64,000 bases of DNA from Callorhinchus milii (GCF_018977255.1 NW_024704759.1:10168001-10232000); one strand, 5' to 3'; numbered from the stretch's first letter, positions 12,191 to 24,800 are shown. Translations and numbers: made by a program. The notes: generated by a model from the sequence alone, not told the origin.

Positions 12191-13147
12191 AAGACCAGCA
12201 GTGAGGCCGAGTGTGGTCAGGAAATGAGTGTAAGGAAACGTGCCAGTGTATTTTAGTTCAAATGTGTCTGTGTTGCTCCAAAATATTCCTCCTGGGCATA
12301 GCCCCAGATTTCTGTACGATACCACGTCAATGAAGGGTTTGCCATTAGTTTTCCCATACTTACTACAGCAAACTACCTTATCTCCAGTGGGTCCCGAGAT
12401 TATAAAGTTCCTGATGAAGTGAAATGTATGGGGAAGGGGGCAAGGAAGGAAGTTAAAAAGTACCTGCTAGCATTTCAGAGCACACAATGTTCAAATACCA
12501 ACAGTTTGTTCACCACCAGGCTCCCTCGATATGTAATATAATTTATAATGCAATGCCCTTGCCTCACCACTAAATATTTTGACTGTGCATTGATCACTGG
12601 AGCATAAACGACAATCTAACATGTTAATGCATAGGTAGTGCGGGGCAATTGTAAAATGATAATTCACTACAGTTTCCAAATAACTTGCTTGAAATGTGCC
12701 CATGGGTCTCACAGATAACTTTTATTATGGACTAAGTGTACAGTATTTTCCACGTATAAAAATTCTGCCTGATCAGGCTTGCAGAAGACCTAAAAGCAGT
12801 TCAATGTGGGATTTGTTAAATGCCTCAAAACAGGAGTCTGTTACAGTGCTGCCTTGATTGATGCAGTTTTTAGCGATTTTGGCAGAAAGGGACCTCACTT
12901 AACTAGGTTGTTAACTCTTCTGGTGCAGGACAGAAACGTTTCAAAGCAAAAAGCTCTTCGAATTCTCTTGCGAGCAACTGATAGTCCAGTTGCTGTTGAT
13001 TTCCAATTATCTTGTAGCTGTAATAAGAATAAGAATAAGAATCCTTGCATTTGATATGCGCCTTATCACGTCTTTGAGATGTCTCAAAGGGCATCACAGA
13101 ATATACTGTAAAGTGTAAAATGTATTGAAATATTTGTTGTATTTGAA

Positions 13148-13335
13148 AGGCTGGTGGAAGCAGATTCGATGACAGCTTTCAAAAGGGAATTAGATAGGTA
13201 GTTAAAAAGGGTACATTTGCAGGGTTATGGGGTAAGAGAGGGGGAGTGGGACTAGTTGGTGGCTCTTTCAAAGTGCCGGAACAGGTATGGTGGGCCGAAT
13301 GGCTTCCTCCTGTGCTGTACAATTCTATGGTTCTA
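13148..13335 (+). mobile_element. CR1-clade LINE 3' end
   Basis: GGTGGAAGCAG..TTTCAAAAGGGAATTAGAT..GGGCCGAATGGCTTCCTCCTGTGCTGTACAATTCTATGGTTCTA, a typical shark CR1 tail. Confidence 0.8.
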
Positions 13336-15719
13336 GTACGTACAGAATATGCGATGAGGTATTTGAAATACATTCACTGGGAGGAACATATCATAATACC
13401 CGCCATAGTTATGAGTAATACAGATGATGTTCAGCATTGAAATAGTAATAGATTTAGGTAAATAAATTCAGGTTACATGTCACATATTTTACCTTGTGCT
13501 ACTACAGTCACTATTCAGAAACTGACCAAATATACTGCAGATAAATTCACCATTCACTGCATGGCTTATTGTCAGACCTTGTTATGTGTAAAGTGACCAC
13601 CCCTTTAGCTCACAGAGCTATTTCATTTGTGAAGTGCTTTGGGAAGATTTCACGTTACAGAAACTGTATCAAATGCAAAGATTATTCATATAATTTTGTT
13701 TTAGTTGGAAAAAAAAGTACGTCATTAATTTTTAGTTAGTACCATCACTACCGCTCTTGAAATTGAGTTACAAAGTTTACGTTTAAGTAAAATAAGACAA
13801 CTTCGATATCTGCCCCCCAAAAAAGTGATGGGCATATAAAATGTTCGTGCTGCATTTATGGACCAAGTGTGGTAGTGAATCACCATTAAATGTGCAGTAT
13901 AAGTTGGGGCGAAGAGAGTGTGATCTCCCTGGAGCTTCTCATGATAACACATGGCAGATAGTTCCAGCAGCAGTGCGGTTGAGGACACATTTGGGACGCC
14001 ATACTGCATGAGGGGCGCTATGTGAGTGCAAGTTGTTGTTGTTGTTGTTAATTGCACCCATTGCTGATCACGCTGGATATTTTCCCTCAAGGCTCTTGGA
14101 CCATCCCCGGGATTTCTGAACAGAACATTTTTAATGTTATTAAATTGAAAGACAAGGCGTTGTACAGATGTCAAGGCTTGTGTGCACAGAACACTGAAAT
14201 CAGAGCTTGGTTTATTTTGGCCCCAATTCAAAGTACTGTGGAGCGGGCAGGCGGGAAGTATAATACAGCACTAGCCCAGTTCGCACTATTCTATTAAATC
14301 TGTGTTTAGATTATTACAGTAACAAAATAGAACATTGAGAATGAGTGAGAATATGTTAAGACCAGAGGTAAGTTACTGGTTTTGCACACAAAATGATCCA
14401 GACAAGAGTCAAGCAGTTGGAGTGTTTCTGCTTCAACCGAGTGTGCTGCTTTCACCAATAGCAACCAACAAGTTGTATTTATGTAGCACCTTTCCGGTAG
14501 AATAACATCTCGGATCACTTTACAGGGGTGAGGCAAAGCAGGAGCAAGCTCCCTAAACATAATCCAAACCAATACCTATTCAAAGCCGAGTCCTTTAATA
14601 ATGTCACAAGCACTCATTTCCAAACCCAGAAAAAAAAGAGCCAGAAATTTAAACCAGTTCCATGACTAACAAATAATGTTATGGGAGAGAGAACAGAGAA
14701 AGTACTTGTTGCAACTGAATGTAGCAAGAAAAGCAACCTCAGCTTTAGCAGCTGTTGACATTATATCATGCAGAAATATGGAAAATATTGCCGCAGGTTA
14801 CTTACGACTCACGCCAGTATTAAGTCTATTTATGCTAGACGCATGATAAAGTGGAACAGTGATGAGGATGCTAATTGAAAGATATTTCGAGGTTAAGAGC
14901 TGAACTCAAGGTTTGGCCAGGGATTCACTGACACGAAAGGAGTGAAAAGAGTTAAGGTTGTGAAACACGACGACTCTAGGGGGTATCAGGTTGGTTTTGG
15001 CATTGGATTGTCCAGATGTTTGTGGATAGAAAGGTCTCCAATTGGAATGCCGGAATGCAGGCTCTTCCCCCACGAATCCTCACGTGATGACTTCCTGATC
15101 TCAGCCAACTCAATGGGGGAGGCTGTGAAAACGAGGCAAGACTGTTCCCCACAGGGACAGAGGGAAAATGAGAGTGAGTCAGCCCGGGCTATGCTCACAT
15201 TCCTTCCTATGACTGGTCACAGAAATGGTACAGAAACACTACTGTGGTCCAAAGCATATTTACATACTGAATGAATCGTCCCATCCATCCCTCGTTTTAA
15301 CGGCAGTTGCGACGAATTCTGTAGCTCAAGTAACGTTTCGGGTTGATTCCCGTTCCTGTTGACTTGTTTTTCCCACGTGAGAAATGTAAAAAATAATCAA
15401 GTAGCGATCTTGTTATTACTGCTCGCTGCCCCTATGTCTTGGCAGCTCTGTGGAAAGCGTTAAGTATATAATGAAAGATACATGATGAGGGACAGCTGAT
15501 ATACCGTGCAGCCAGCTGAGATCAGGAGTCAAGACTCTAATTCCACAAATTTTTAAAACTTTTCCAGCATTGAAAACATGGTCGATGAGATCTAATTTGT
15601 AACATAATTTAAAGGGAAATCCTGAACCCATTGGAAGATAACAAAAATTTCGTCGCCCAACTGAGAGAAACGGACGTATAGAGAGCTGGACGTATACATT
15701 AGATTGCCACTCAACTATC

Positions 15720-16432
15720 CTTTCCACCCCACATCCGTGCCATGACCCGCTCTGCCTTCCCCCACCTCCGCAACATCGCCCGGCTCTGCCGCTGTCTCAC
15801 ACTGCAGGCCGCCGAAACTCTCATACACACATTCATAACATCAAGGGTTGACTATGCAAACTCACTGCTTGTCGGCCTCCCCAACTCCTCCCTCCATAGG
15901 CTGCAGATCATCCAGAACTCTGCAGCCCATGTCCTCTCCCACACCAGGCTCCGCGACCCTGTCACCCTCATAACTCGCCCGACTCCACTGGCTTCCCATC
16001 ACACAGAGGATTCAGTTCAAGATCCTGGTCCTCACCTTCAAAGCTCTCCATGGTGTTGCTCCCCCCTATCTCTACGACCTCCTAACCCCCTACCATCCTG
16101 CCAGTTCCCTCCGCTCAGCAGCTCCAGCCTGCTTCACATACCCCGCCTCGCTCACCCCACCATTGGTAGGTGGACCCTCTGCCGCTCTGCCCCCACCCTC
16201 TGGAACTCCATCCCGCAGTCCCTTCATCTCACTCCCTCCCTTGCCTCCTTCAAGACCCAACTTAAGACCTGACTCTTCAACCGTGCTTTCGATCATCCTC
16301 CTTCCCCCCCCGCCCTCCACCCTCCCCAATCCTGACCCAGCAGCTCGGGTCTGAAATATTGACTGTCTAGCACCTTGGGACATCCTCCCAACATGAAAGG
16401 CGCTATACAAATGTAATTTTGTCATCGCTGTT
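15720..16432 (+). mobile_element. L2-clade LINE 3' fragment (ORF2 C-terminus plus 3' UTR)
   Basis: HLRNIARL..AETLIHTFITSRVDYANSLL..LQIIQNSAA, frameshifted; tail stem-loop AGCACCTTGGGACATCC..AAAGGCGCT. Confidence 0.9.
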
Positions 16433-16479
16433 GTAGATTCTTGTCCACTATTTTGTATTGTACCAAACTATTGTTGGTC

Positions 16480-17950
16480 TGAGCTGACACTCAAAAGCAA
16501 AATTGGAGGAATGCTGGATTGTCAGAGGGGCCATCCTTCAGTTCACCAACAACAACAACAACAAGATTCCATTTATAAAGCGCCTTTCACGTCAGGAGGA
16601 CGTCCCAAGGCGCTGCACAGTTGGGTCATGACCCGAGCGGGGGGAAATGGTCAGGGTGAGGGGAGGGAAGGGAGGGAGCGAGTAGGGGGGAAATGGTCAG
16701 GGTGAGGGGAGGGAGGGAGCGAGAAGGGGGAAGAGAGTCGAGAGGGGAGCTGAAGGCTCGGTCAAAGAGAAAGGTTTTGAGACCGGCCTTGAAGGAGGAG
16801 AGGGAGGAAGCAAGGCGAAGGCACTGGGGGATAGAGTTCCAGAGCCTCGGGGCTGAGAGGCTGAAGGCCTGACCACCGATGGTAGGGCGATTGGGGCGGG
16901 GGACGTGGAGCAGACCGGAGCCGGAGGAACGGAGGGTATGGGCAGGTAGGTAGGGGGATAGTAGGTTGGAGAGGTAGGAGGGAGTAGAGGCCGTGAATGG
17001 CCTTGTAGGTGAGGATGAGGATCTTGAAATCAATCCTCTGGGGGATGGGGAGCCAGTGGAGGCGAGTGAGGGTGGGAGTGATGTGGTCCCGAAGCCTGGT
17101 GCGGGACAGTACACGAGCTGCAGAGTTCTGAATGACCTGCAGCTTGTGGAGGGAGGTGGCGGGAAGGCCGGCGAGGAGAGAGTTCCCGTAGTCCAGCCTT
17201 GAGGTGACAAAGGCGTGAACCAGGGTTTCAGCAGCGTGAGGGGTGAGGTAATGCCGTAGTCTGGCGATGTTCCGGAGGTGATGGAAGGCGGTGCCAGTTG
17301 TGGTGCGGATGTGAGGGAGAAAGGACAGCTCAGGGTCGAACAAAACGCCGAGGTTCCTGACTGGCTTTGAGAGGTGGAGAGTGCGGCCTTGGATGCTGAT
17401 GGTGTCGGCGCCTGAGGTGCGGAGGCGCTGCCGCGAACCAATCAGGAGGGCCTCGGTTTTTCGCACGTTAAGCTGAAGAAAGTTGTCTCTCGTCCAGGAC
17501 TCGATGTCGGACAGGCAGGCTGTCAGGACATCGGTGGTCGTGGAGTTGAGAGTAGAGGAGGAAAGGTAGAGTTGGGTGTCATCCGCATACATGTGGAAGT
17601 TAACCAAGGTCCTGTCTATTTGTTCAGCTGGATATTAAAGATCCCATCACACCATTTGAAACAAGAAAGGAAAAGGTAATTGAAGCCAAGTAAAAGCTAA
17701 GTTTTTTTTGGAAGAGGGATTTCAGAAGAAGAAAGCTCCAGTGGGAAGAGAATTTCTCCCAGTGTCTGGCCAATAGTCCTCCACATAAATTGATTATTCA
17801 CTTCATGGCTGTTTGCAGAACCTTGCTGAGCACAAAATGGTTGCTACATTAGCCTTCGAGTAACTGTTACTACACCTGACCTCAATTATGTGTGAAATCC
17901 TTTAGTCATTTTGGCCTTATAGTTCACTTCATGCAATGCAAATGTTATTA
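16480..17950 (+). mobile_element. SacSINE1-like SINE remnant split by the L2 insertion (pieces ~16480-16548 and ~17600-17950)
   Basis: GCTGACACTC..GCCATCCTTCAG on the left; AACCAAGGTCCTGTCT..AAAGATCCCAT..TTTCTCCCAGTGTCTGGCC on the right. Confidence 0.65.
16549..17604 (-). mobile_element. L2-clade LINE, 5'-truncated at the RT YADD motif, one frameshift near 16985, (TTG)n tail
   Basis: FHMYADDTQLY, FLQLNVRKTE, VRNLGVLFD, TSRLDYGNSLL, HITPTLTRLHWLP, LKTFLF. Confidence 0.95.
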
Positions 17951-18724
17951 TGATCTCGACCAAAAGCAACAGATAATCTTACAACTTTAGGAAGATTATT
18001 AAAACAGCCATCATCCTCACAATTGTACCCATTGTAATATTTCAATACACATTAAAATCTTTGGTCCAAACAGATTAAAGTGTTACGAAATATTAAAGTA
18101 TTGAGCGTTACGAAATATAATAATATTTCCAACTCTCCTGAGTGTTTGTGATCTATCAGGGGAGTCCACTTGCATGAATGCTTTGCATATTAATTCTACC
18201 CCCTTCGAGTATTTCTTATATAGAAGAATTATATGATAATAAGTCTTGGATGAAAAAGATATAGAATTGTCACAGCACCAGTGACCTGGAGTCCTCCGGC
18301 ATCCAATGCTCTGGCCTCAGTGCCAGGGTCTGTTAGACGTCAGAATAATTCTTGGAAGATCCCAATTTATATAAACAAGAGTAGTTTGCTTTTAATACTT
18401 GACCATATGAACTCAATGGTTACTCAGGAAACCATAATAATAATCCTTGCATTTGATACAGTTCCTTTTCACATCGTTGAGCTATCTCAAAGAGCTTCAC
18501 AGAATATATTGTAAAGTGGATCAACTGTGTATTTTGTGGGCGAAATGCAATAGCCAACTGGGCACAGGAGTGTGAGCCAAGTGGAAACAATCTCTGCTTC
18601 CAGTGAATCCCTGTTCTCTGTCCTCATTCATGGGACAATGAGGAGACTGCTTTTGTTTACTGCCCTGGTACTGATGCACTGTCTCTTTCCTACCACAGGA
18701 TCTGCACCCAAGTTCCTGGGAATA

Positions 18725-18825
18725 ATGTCTGTGAAACTGCACTTTTCTTCTCCTGCTGATCCAAGTGGGATAAACCGCAGCCGGTCGTTCACTGGCTTCG
18801 GTTCTATGGCACGCAGAAGATCCCA
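18725..18825 (+). CDS. RIPOR3: RIPOR3 coding exon 1 ([33 protein letters not shown]); exon acceptor at 18699
   Basis: ctttcctaccacag|GA acceptor, ATG at 18725, CA|gtaagt donor; RSxSF motif typical of RIPOR N-termini. Confidence 0.88.
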
Positions 18826-21800
18826 GTAAGTATTGCCGGGGTAATTGAGGCACAGTCAATGTGGAGTGGGTGTAGACAGCAGGTTCGTTCAGTTCACGAC
18901 TTTCTAAGTGAGCAGAAATTGAAAAATAAAAGCTAACCAAGACCAATTATTTTTTCTCCCTGGTGGTGGCTAACTTAATCTCTGGATTGGAGAGTGAGAC
19001 AGTTTGGGTTCCATATATTTCTTAAGTAATCATAAGAGATAGCCATTGTCAAAGGTTTCTTTCTTATGATAGATCACATAAATTATACAACTGCATATCT
19101 ACATAATATTGTGGACCTTATGCCCACAAAATACACACAGTCAATCCACTCTACAGTTTATCGTGTGAAGTGCTTTGAGTTGTTTTGATGATGTGAAAAG
19201 GCACTATATCAACTGCAAGGGAATGCGAAATGCAAGGATTATTTCTTATACCGGATTTAATATCATATTTTGTGCAATTTAACCAACATTTTTACTTAAA
19301 ATGCATCATTCACCTGGGGCAGACGTGATGGTTTCTCTGTGATAAAAGGTTGGGAAGTGGGATAATCCAGTGCACTATATAAACTGGCACGAAGATATAG
19401 GAATATATTAAAAAAAAAAGTAATTAAAGCATAACCAAATGTTTAGATTAGAAACAAAGCAATTGATGGCAAAAATTAAGCCACTTCTGTCTCAACAGCT
19501 CAATTAAAAGCAACATTTCACCAGTAGTTTGATACAGATGTAAGCCCCCAATCTGCACAACAGATGATTCGGTCTATTCATCTCCATGTGATAGGAAGAC
19601 TGTGTGTGTAACAATGTGATCCACCACATCAGTGTCAGGAGGATATTATTAAAATATAATGTGGATTTTCCAACATTAATTATCTAAACTACTCAATTTA
19701 TTAAAATACCTGACTAGTAACTAAGAAAACATTAGGAGAGTAGGTTTTGAATAACTATTTTCATTTCTTTAACACACATTTATTTTTGTAAGAAAAACAT
19801 TTAAGACATCAATTCCCACTTAAGCATTAGTTCTTTGCCCAGATTATGTCTGGTCATATTTTTCCACTGTTATTGTTTTAAAAAGGAATTCGGAAATTTG
19901 AAAAAAAGTTAGAAATCTGTCCACCCAAAACGCAAGTCATCCGTTGCCAAAGTGACGGCAGCGTTGGAGTAGATTTGTATTAAACACAGGCTTGGACAGA
20001 CCGCATGCAATTTGTACTGATCGATCACTGCTTTAATGGATGTGCTGACGTGCAGTGTTCTCAAGAACATTACAAGCAAAGCGCTGCGAACTTTGCACAT
20101 GCACTTCCCTCTAGATTGCCTGGTGAATAAATCTGAAGACGAACGTCTTCTAAACTGGTGCATCTGGATGTTCTGGACTGGTTACCACGATCGGTTTAAT
20201 CAAGGCCATTGCAAACCATTTGGCTGTACCTAGAATCTCTCTGTAGCTGATTGAAAAAGTAGCTCGTCTGCACTTCAACCATTGCAGACCTCACTTAGGT
20301 ATATCACTGGCAATAGACTCCTTCTGTCTCCTGTAGCCCTGGACAATGAAGGGCCCAGATAGATTCCAATCTAGAACAAGTAGGGAGATGTTCATAGTTG
20401 GGATCGAAACTAACTGATGAGTAATCGGACACATAGTAGGAGAGCAGAGATTCATGAAACCATTTTCGTTCTTTAATATGCCATTGAATTATGTCAGTGG
20501 AGAATGGCTATCTTATTCTGCTCTTGGGGATAAGAAGGCAACGCTCTCTACATTGTGTTACCTTGTGTTCACTCTTGCCAAGGGGACCTAGGATAAAACT
20601 AATATAGAGAATACTAGTAAAGAATATTGAGTGAAGAATGAACACAATTGAGAGAAAAACAGCCCTTGATTGTCAATGCAACCAAAGAAATGTGTTTTCT
20701 TTAGAACTGACCTGTGTGTAATGAAAATCTTGACTACAGAACACATAAATAAATTGTGGAATTTATGGAGTATGTTTTTATTTGTAGTATAAAGCTAAAG
20801 AAAAAGGAGAATTATTATCCTCCAGAATTTTGGGGGCGTATGGCAAGGACTGCAATTACATTCCTGGAAGGAATGACCCAACACACATGCTATGTTTAGT
20901 AACCCTTTCGGTTCCGAATTTCCTTTGTAGCTTACAAATTGTACATATGTTTTCAATTGCGGATCATCTCCGTGCATTACACTGAGTAAATGTCAAACAC
21001 TGAATGTGATAAATATGGGAGGAATCTAGACCGTTGAGAGAAAGCTTTGCTCACGCAATGTTTGATAGTTCACAATGTCACAATTAGGGATTTCTGCCTA
21101 ATCCTGTCTTTGGGACTAAAACAAGAATAAGGTAACAGCTACGCATGAGAGAGAGAAAGAGAAACGTGAACTAACAGGCAGCGATTACAAGGCATTACTT
21201 TGATTGATGGGATCAAAGGACGTCATAAATATAAACTAAACAATCTTGGATTTCATAACTTGGTATCTGAAACCAGAGGTTAGATCACTGCTTGAAACCC
21301 ACTTTTTCATGGCATACAAGAAAAAAAAGCACAGGGTGGTTTAATTCAGTGTTTGGTCTCTTTTGTACTTTGACAGTACAGATCCAACAGTAGTGTATCA
21401 ACAACAACAACAACTTGCACTTATATAGCGCCCTTCACACAGGGTAGTGTCTTGGAGTGTTTAAAATATTGTGTACTTTGGGAGAGGAATAATACAAGCA
21501 ATGCTAGTGGCCGGATTTTATTGTAACATTTTTTTTAGTATTTGATCTATTAATGTGGAGAAATTCCTAAAGAGATAAGTACCTAAATATCTAAAAAGGA
21601 GAGAGCTATGGGGGGTATCGGGAAAGGGCAGGGAAATTGGACTTACAAGAGCCAGCACAGACACGATGGGGGAAATGGCTTTCTTCTGTGCTGTAAATTT
21701 CTAAGGGGAAGAAGATCAGGATCATGATTTGGGCAGGAAGGGAAAGTTACGAAAAGCCAATGTTTTTTTCTCCAGTGAACCTAAAAACAAAGTTGAAACC

Positions 21801-24800
21801 CAGTTGTGCTGTAAGACGATAGTTTGTTTGAACCCGGGGAAAAGATAAAAATAGACAACAGTATCGTTCCACTGTGAATTTGAGCAGGTGAACTTTGGTG
21901 AACACTTGCCTACGGCACATGCTGTTTAACATGGAAGTCTGTCTCTTGGTATAAAAGGAACCTTCCTGTGGTGTCTGGTTACAGAATGTGGGTCAATTTG
22001 TTCATCAGCAAGAATACTAATGTCCCTTGTTAATGCAAAGGCATGGGATAGTCACGGTACTAAAAGCAGCACAGATTCTCAATGATCTCCTCTGTTTACT
22101 CGGAATGAATTAACAATGCTGCCATTTTCTTTTCAGAGGCTATTCTGTCACCAGAAGTACTTCAAGGACAAGAATACCCTCAATAAAATCAACAAAAAAC
22201 CTTGGACCTCCAACCAAAAACACCAGCAGTTTGGAACCACAGCCTGAACGCGTGGAGAAAATATACAAGTCGTTGAGGAAAGGCCTGAAGTGAGAGCTTT
22301 TGCACATTGTAAAGCACCACTTAAAATAACCGCACAAAGCACGACTTACTCTCTCACCACTTGTGAGGAATCTTTACTGAAGCTTCACTGATTTATTCAA
22401 GCTAAAGCAGGCTTGTGGCTCAGCTATCAATGTTTGTGTCAATGTCCTTGCAACGTTTCGAATGTTTGCTCACTGCTGGATGTCACAGCAGTTTTGTGCA
22501 AAGCTGGAACATGTAGAGTAGTGTTCCCAGTAAAATGCATTAATAATCCAGATATTTGGCACAACACCTTTCATGTCGGGAGGTTGTATCAAAGCGCTTC
22601 ACAGGATATACTGCGGTAATGACCGTGTATTTTGTAAGTGAATGTCCTGACCATATTTACGCAAATGCCTTGAAGGAGGTAAGAGTTCAATGACGGCGGT
22701 AGGAATACAAGGACATTGTGTAATTTTAGTTTCATTACCTTTGGAGGATGCACAATTATACAATGTAGAAGTTTGAGTAGGTGGGCAGAACTCTTGACTT
22801 GGTCTCGTTCCATTCTTTATGTTACGAATACAGAGAACGAGACTGCAAAGCAGTTTATTGGAACATGTTGCATTTTTGTAGATTAAAATAGTAACTGTAT
22901 TACGTTACAGTGAATATCTCGAAGCTGATCAAAATGAATTAGACCTGCTAACAATGCAACAGAAAGATATGAAGAGAAATTCCAGACTGGTAAGTACAAA
23001 GAGCTTTTGCTGGTAACCTTGAGTTACACGTCTCGACAAAATGTATCAGATGTCTGCCTTTTGTATTCAGAACGGACTGGGGGGTGGGGGGTGGTGGGGG
23101 GTGGGGGGTGGAAACACAGAAACTAGCAACGCAGGAGCGGAGTGTGTTTGAGTGGAACCATTGAGTGGAGAGGTGTAGCTTTAATTTCTCCCACTCCCCT
23201 GATGTCAGCTGTAATATTATGAGGAATATTGAGCATGGGTTAGCTGCTTTTGGGGTACGGATTCAGTGGTAGGGGAGACGGGGGAAACTGGGAGGGGCGG
23301 TGGGCGGTGGGGTTGGTTGGAAGAAGGTCATGGGAGACGTAAATCAAAGGGAGAGTTATTTCTGAATTGACATTCTCCAAATAAGATCAATTGGCCCAAA
23401 AACTGTATTGCTTCAGTGGGGTGGAATAGTTTTTGCACCAAGATGCGAGGTTCGAAGTGATCACATTCTCACCATAACGCTGGGATAGTCTGGTTATGGA
23501 TGCTGATAAGGAAAGGGGGTAATGGATGGGTTTGGCAGGGCGGACCATTATCTCAGCAATGCTGGTGTGATGTCCATATATACAGTATATTCTTTATTTG
23601 AAATTAATGATCATGCTGCGTTGGTTAAAGCCAGAACAATGATATTTCTCTTATTTCCCCCCCACCCCCAGGCCTTTTTGTACGATTTAGATAAGGTAAG
23701 ACTACACTTAATCTCTGAGAAATTTCAGTACTTGATTGCTTAGCACCAGCTGTCAGACTACAGTATAATCTGCATAATGCTCCTTAGGTTGAGCATCGTG
23801 TTTACACAGGATGGTAATCAATGTTAATTACTAGTTTGCACTGTTTTTATGAATGTGCTTCTCTCTCAGCAAATCAGGATGTCTGAGAGGTATATCAGGA
23901 GACTGGAGTTTCACATCAGCAGGGTAAGAACCTACATATTAATTAGTTTTAACTAATTAAATTGAGATGAATATTAACGAGCTTCAGACCAAGTAGTAAT
24001 AATAATAATAAATAAAAGGGATTTTCTCCAGGTGTTCAGGCCACAATCCCCCAAATAAGATTTGTTATTCACTTCATGCCTGTTTATGGGACATTGCTGT
24101 ATATAAATTAGCTGCTGTGCTCACCTACACGGTCACTACACTTCACATTAAAATACTATGAAACTCTTTGAGACATCGCCATGACGTGATGAGGTGCTGT
24201 ACAAAATGCAAAGATTTTTTTTGTATAAATTACACAGTCTCGTTACGCAGTAAATCCTGTGAAGTGCTTTGAGACATCCCCCCGACGTGAAACACATTAT
24301 ATTAAATCTAAGGATTATTATCGTTACTAAATGTTGTGGAAGAAAGTCTCTGGAGCTGGTATTGAATTCTCGAACCTTTCATTATTACAACTGACTGCTG
24401 TCCAGATCGAAGAGCTGCACGAGTCCTATTGCATCCAATGGCGTCTCCGTGATGGAGCCAACAACATGAAGCAAGCGTACTCCGTGTCTCCCTCTACCAA
24501 AGGATCCCGAGAAAGTCTAATACAGATCAACAGAAACTGCAAGGAATGTTCTGAGGTATGGTAACCTTGGATTTTCTTTAGAATACAGCATTATTTTATT
24601 ACCTCTGCAGTTTGTTTTTAAAATATACTTGCTCTTGCTGGCCAAATCCCGTAAAACCTAGCACTGCTCCGCACTATGTCGTTACCATTCTTGACATCTT
24701 GGAGCGCTTCAGTTTTGACTGTAAAATAATAAATTTCGTCCACAAAATATTCACTTTGCAGTATATTCTGTGAAACGCTTGGAGACGTCTCAACGACATG

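Noticed and set aside
13725-14231. 168-aa minus-strand ORF
   Set aside because: No recognisable domain; it crosses an L2-type tail with a (TTG)n repeat
16762-17607. Functional or domesticated reverse transcriptase gene
   Set aside because: 5'-truncated at YADD, frameshifted near 16985, no endonuclease domain or promoter
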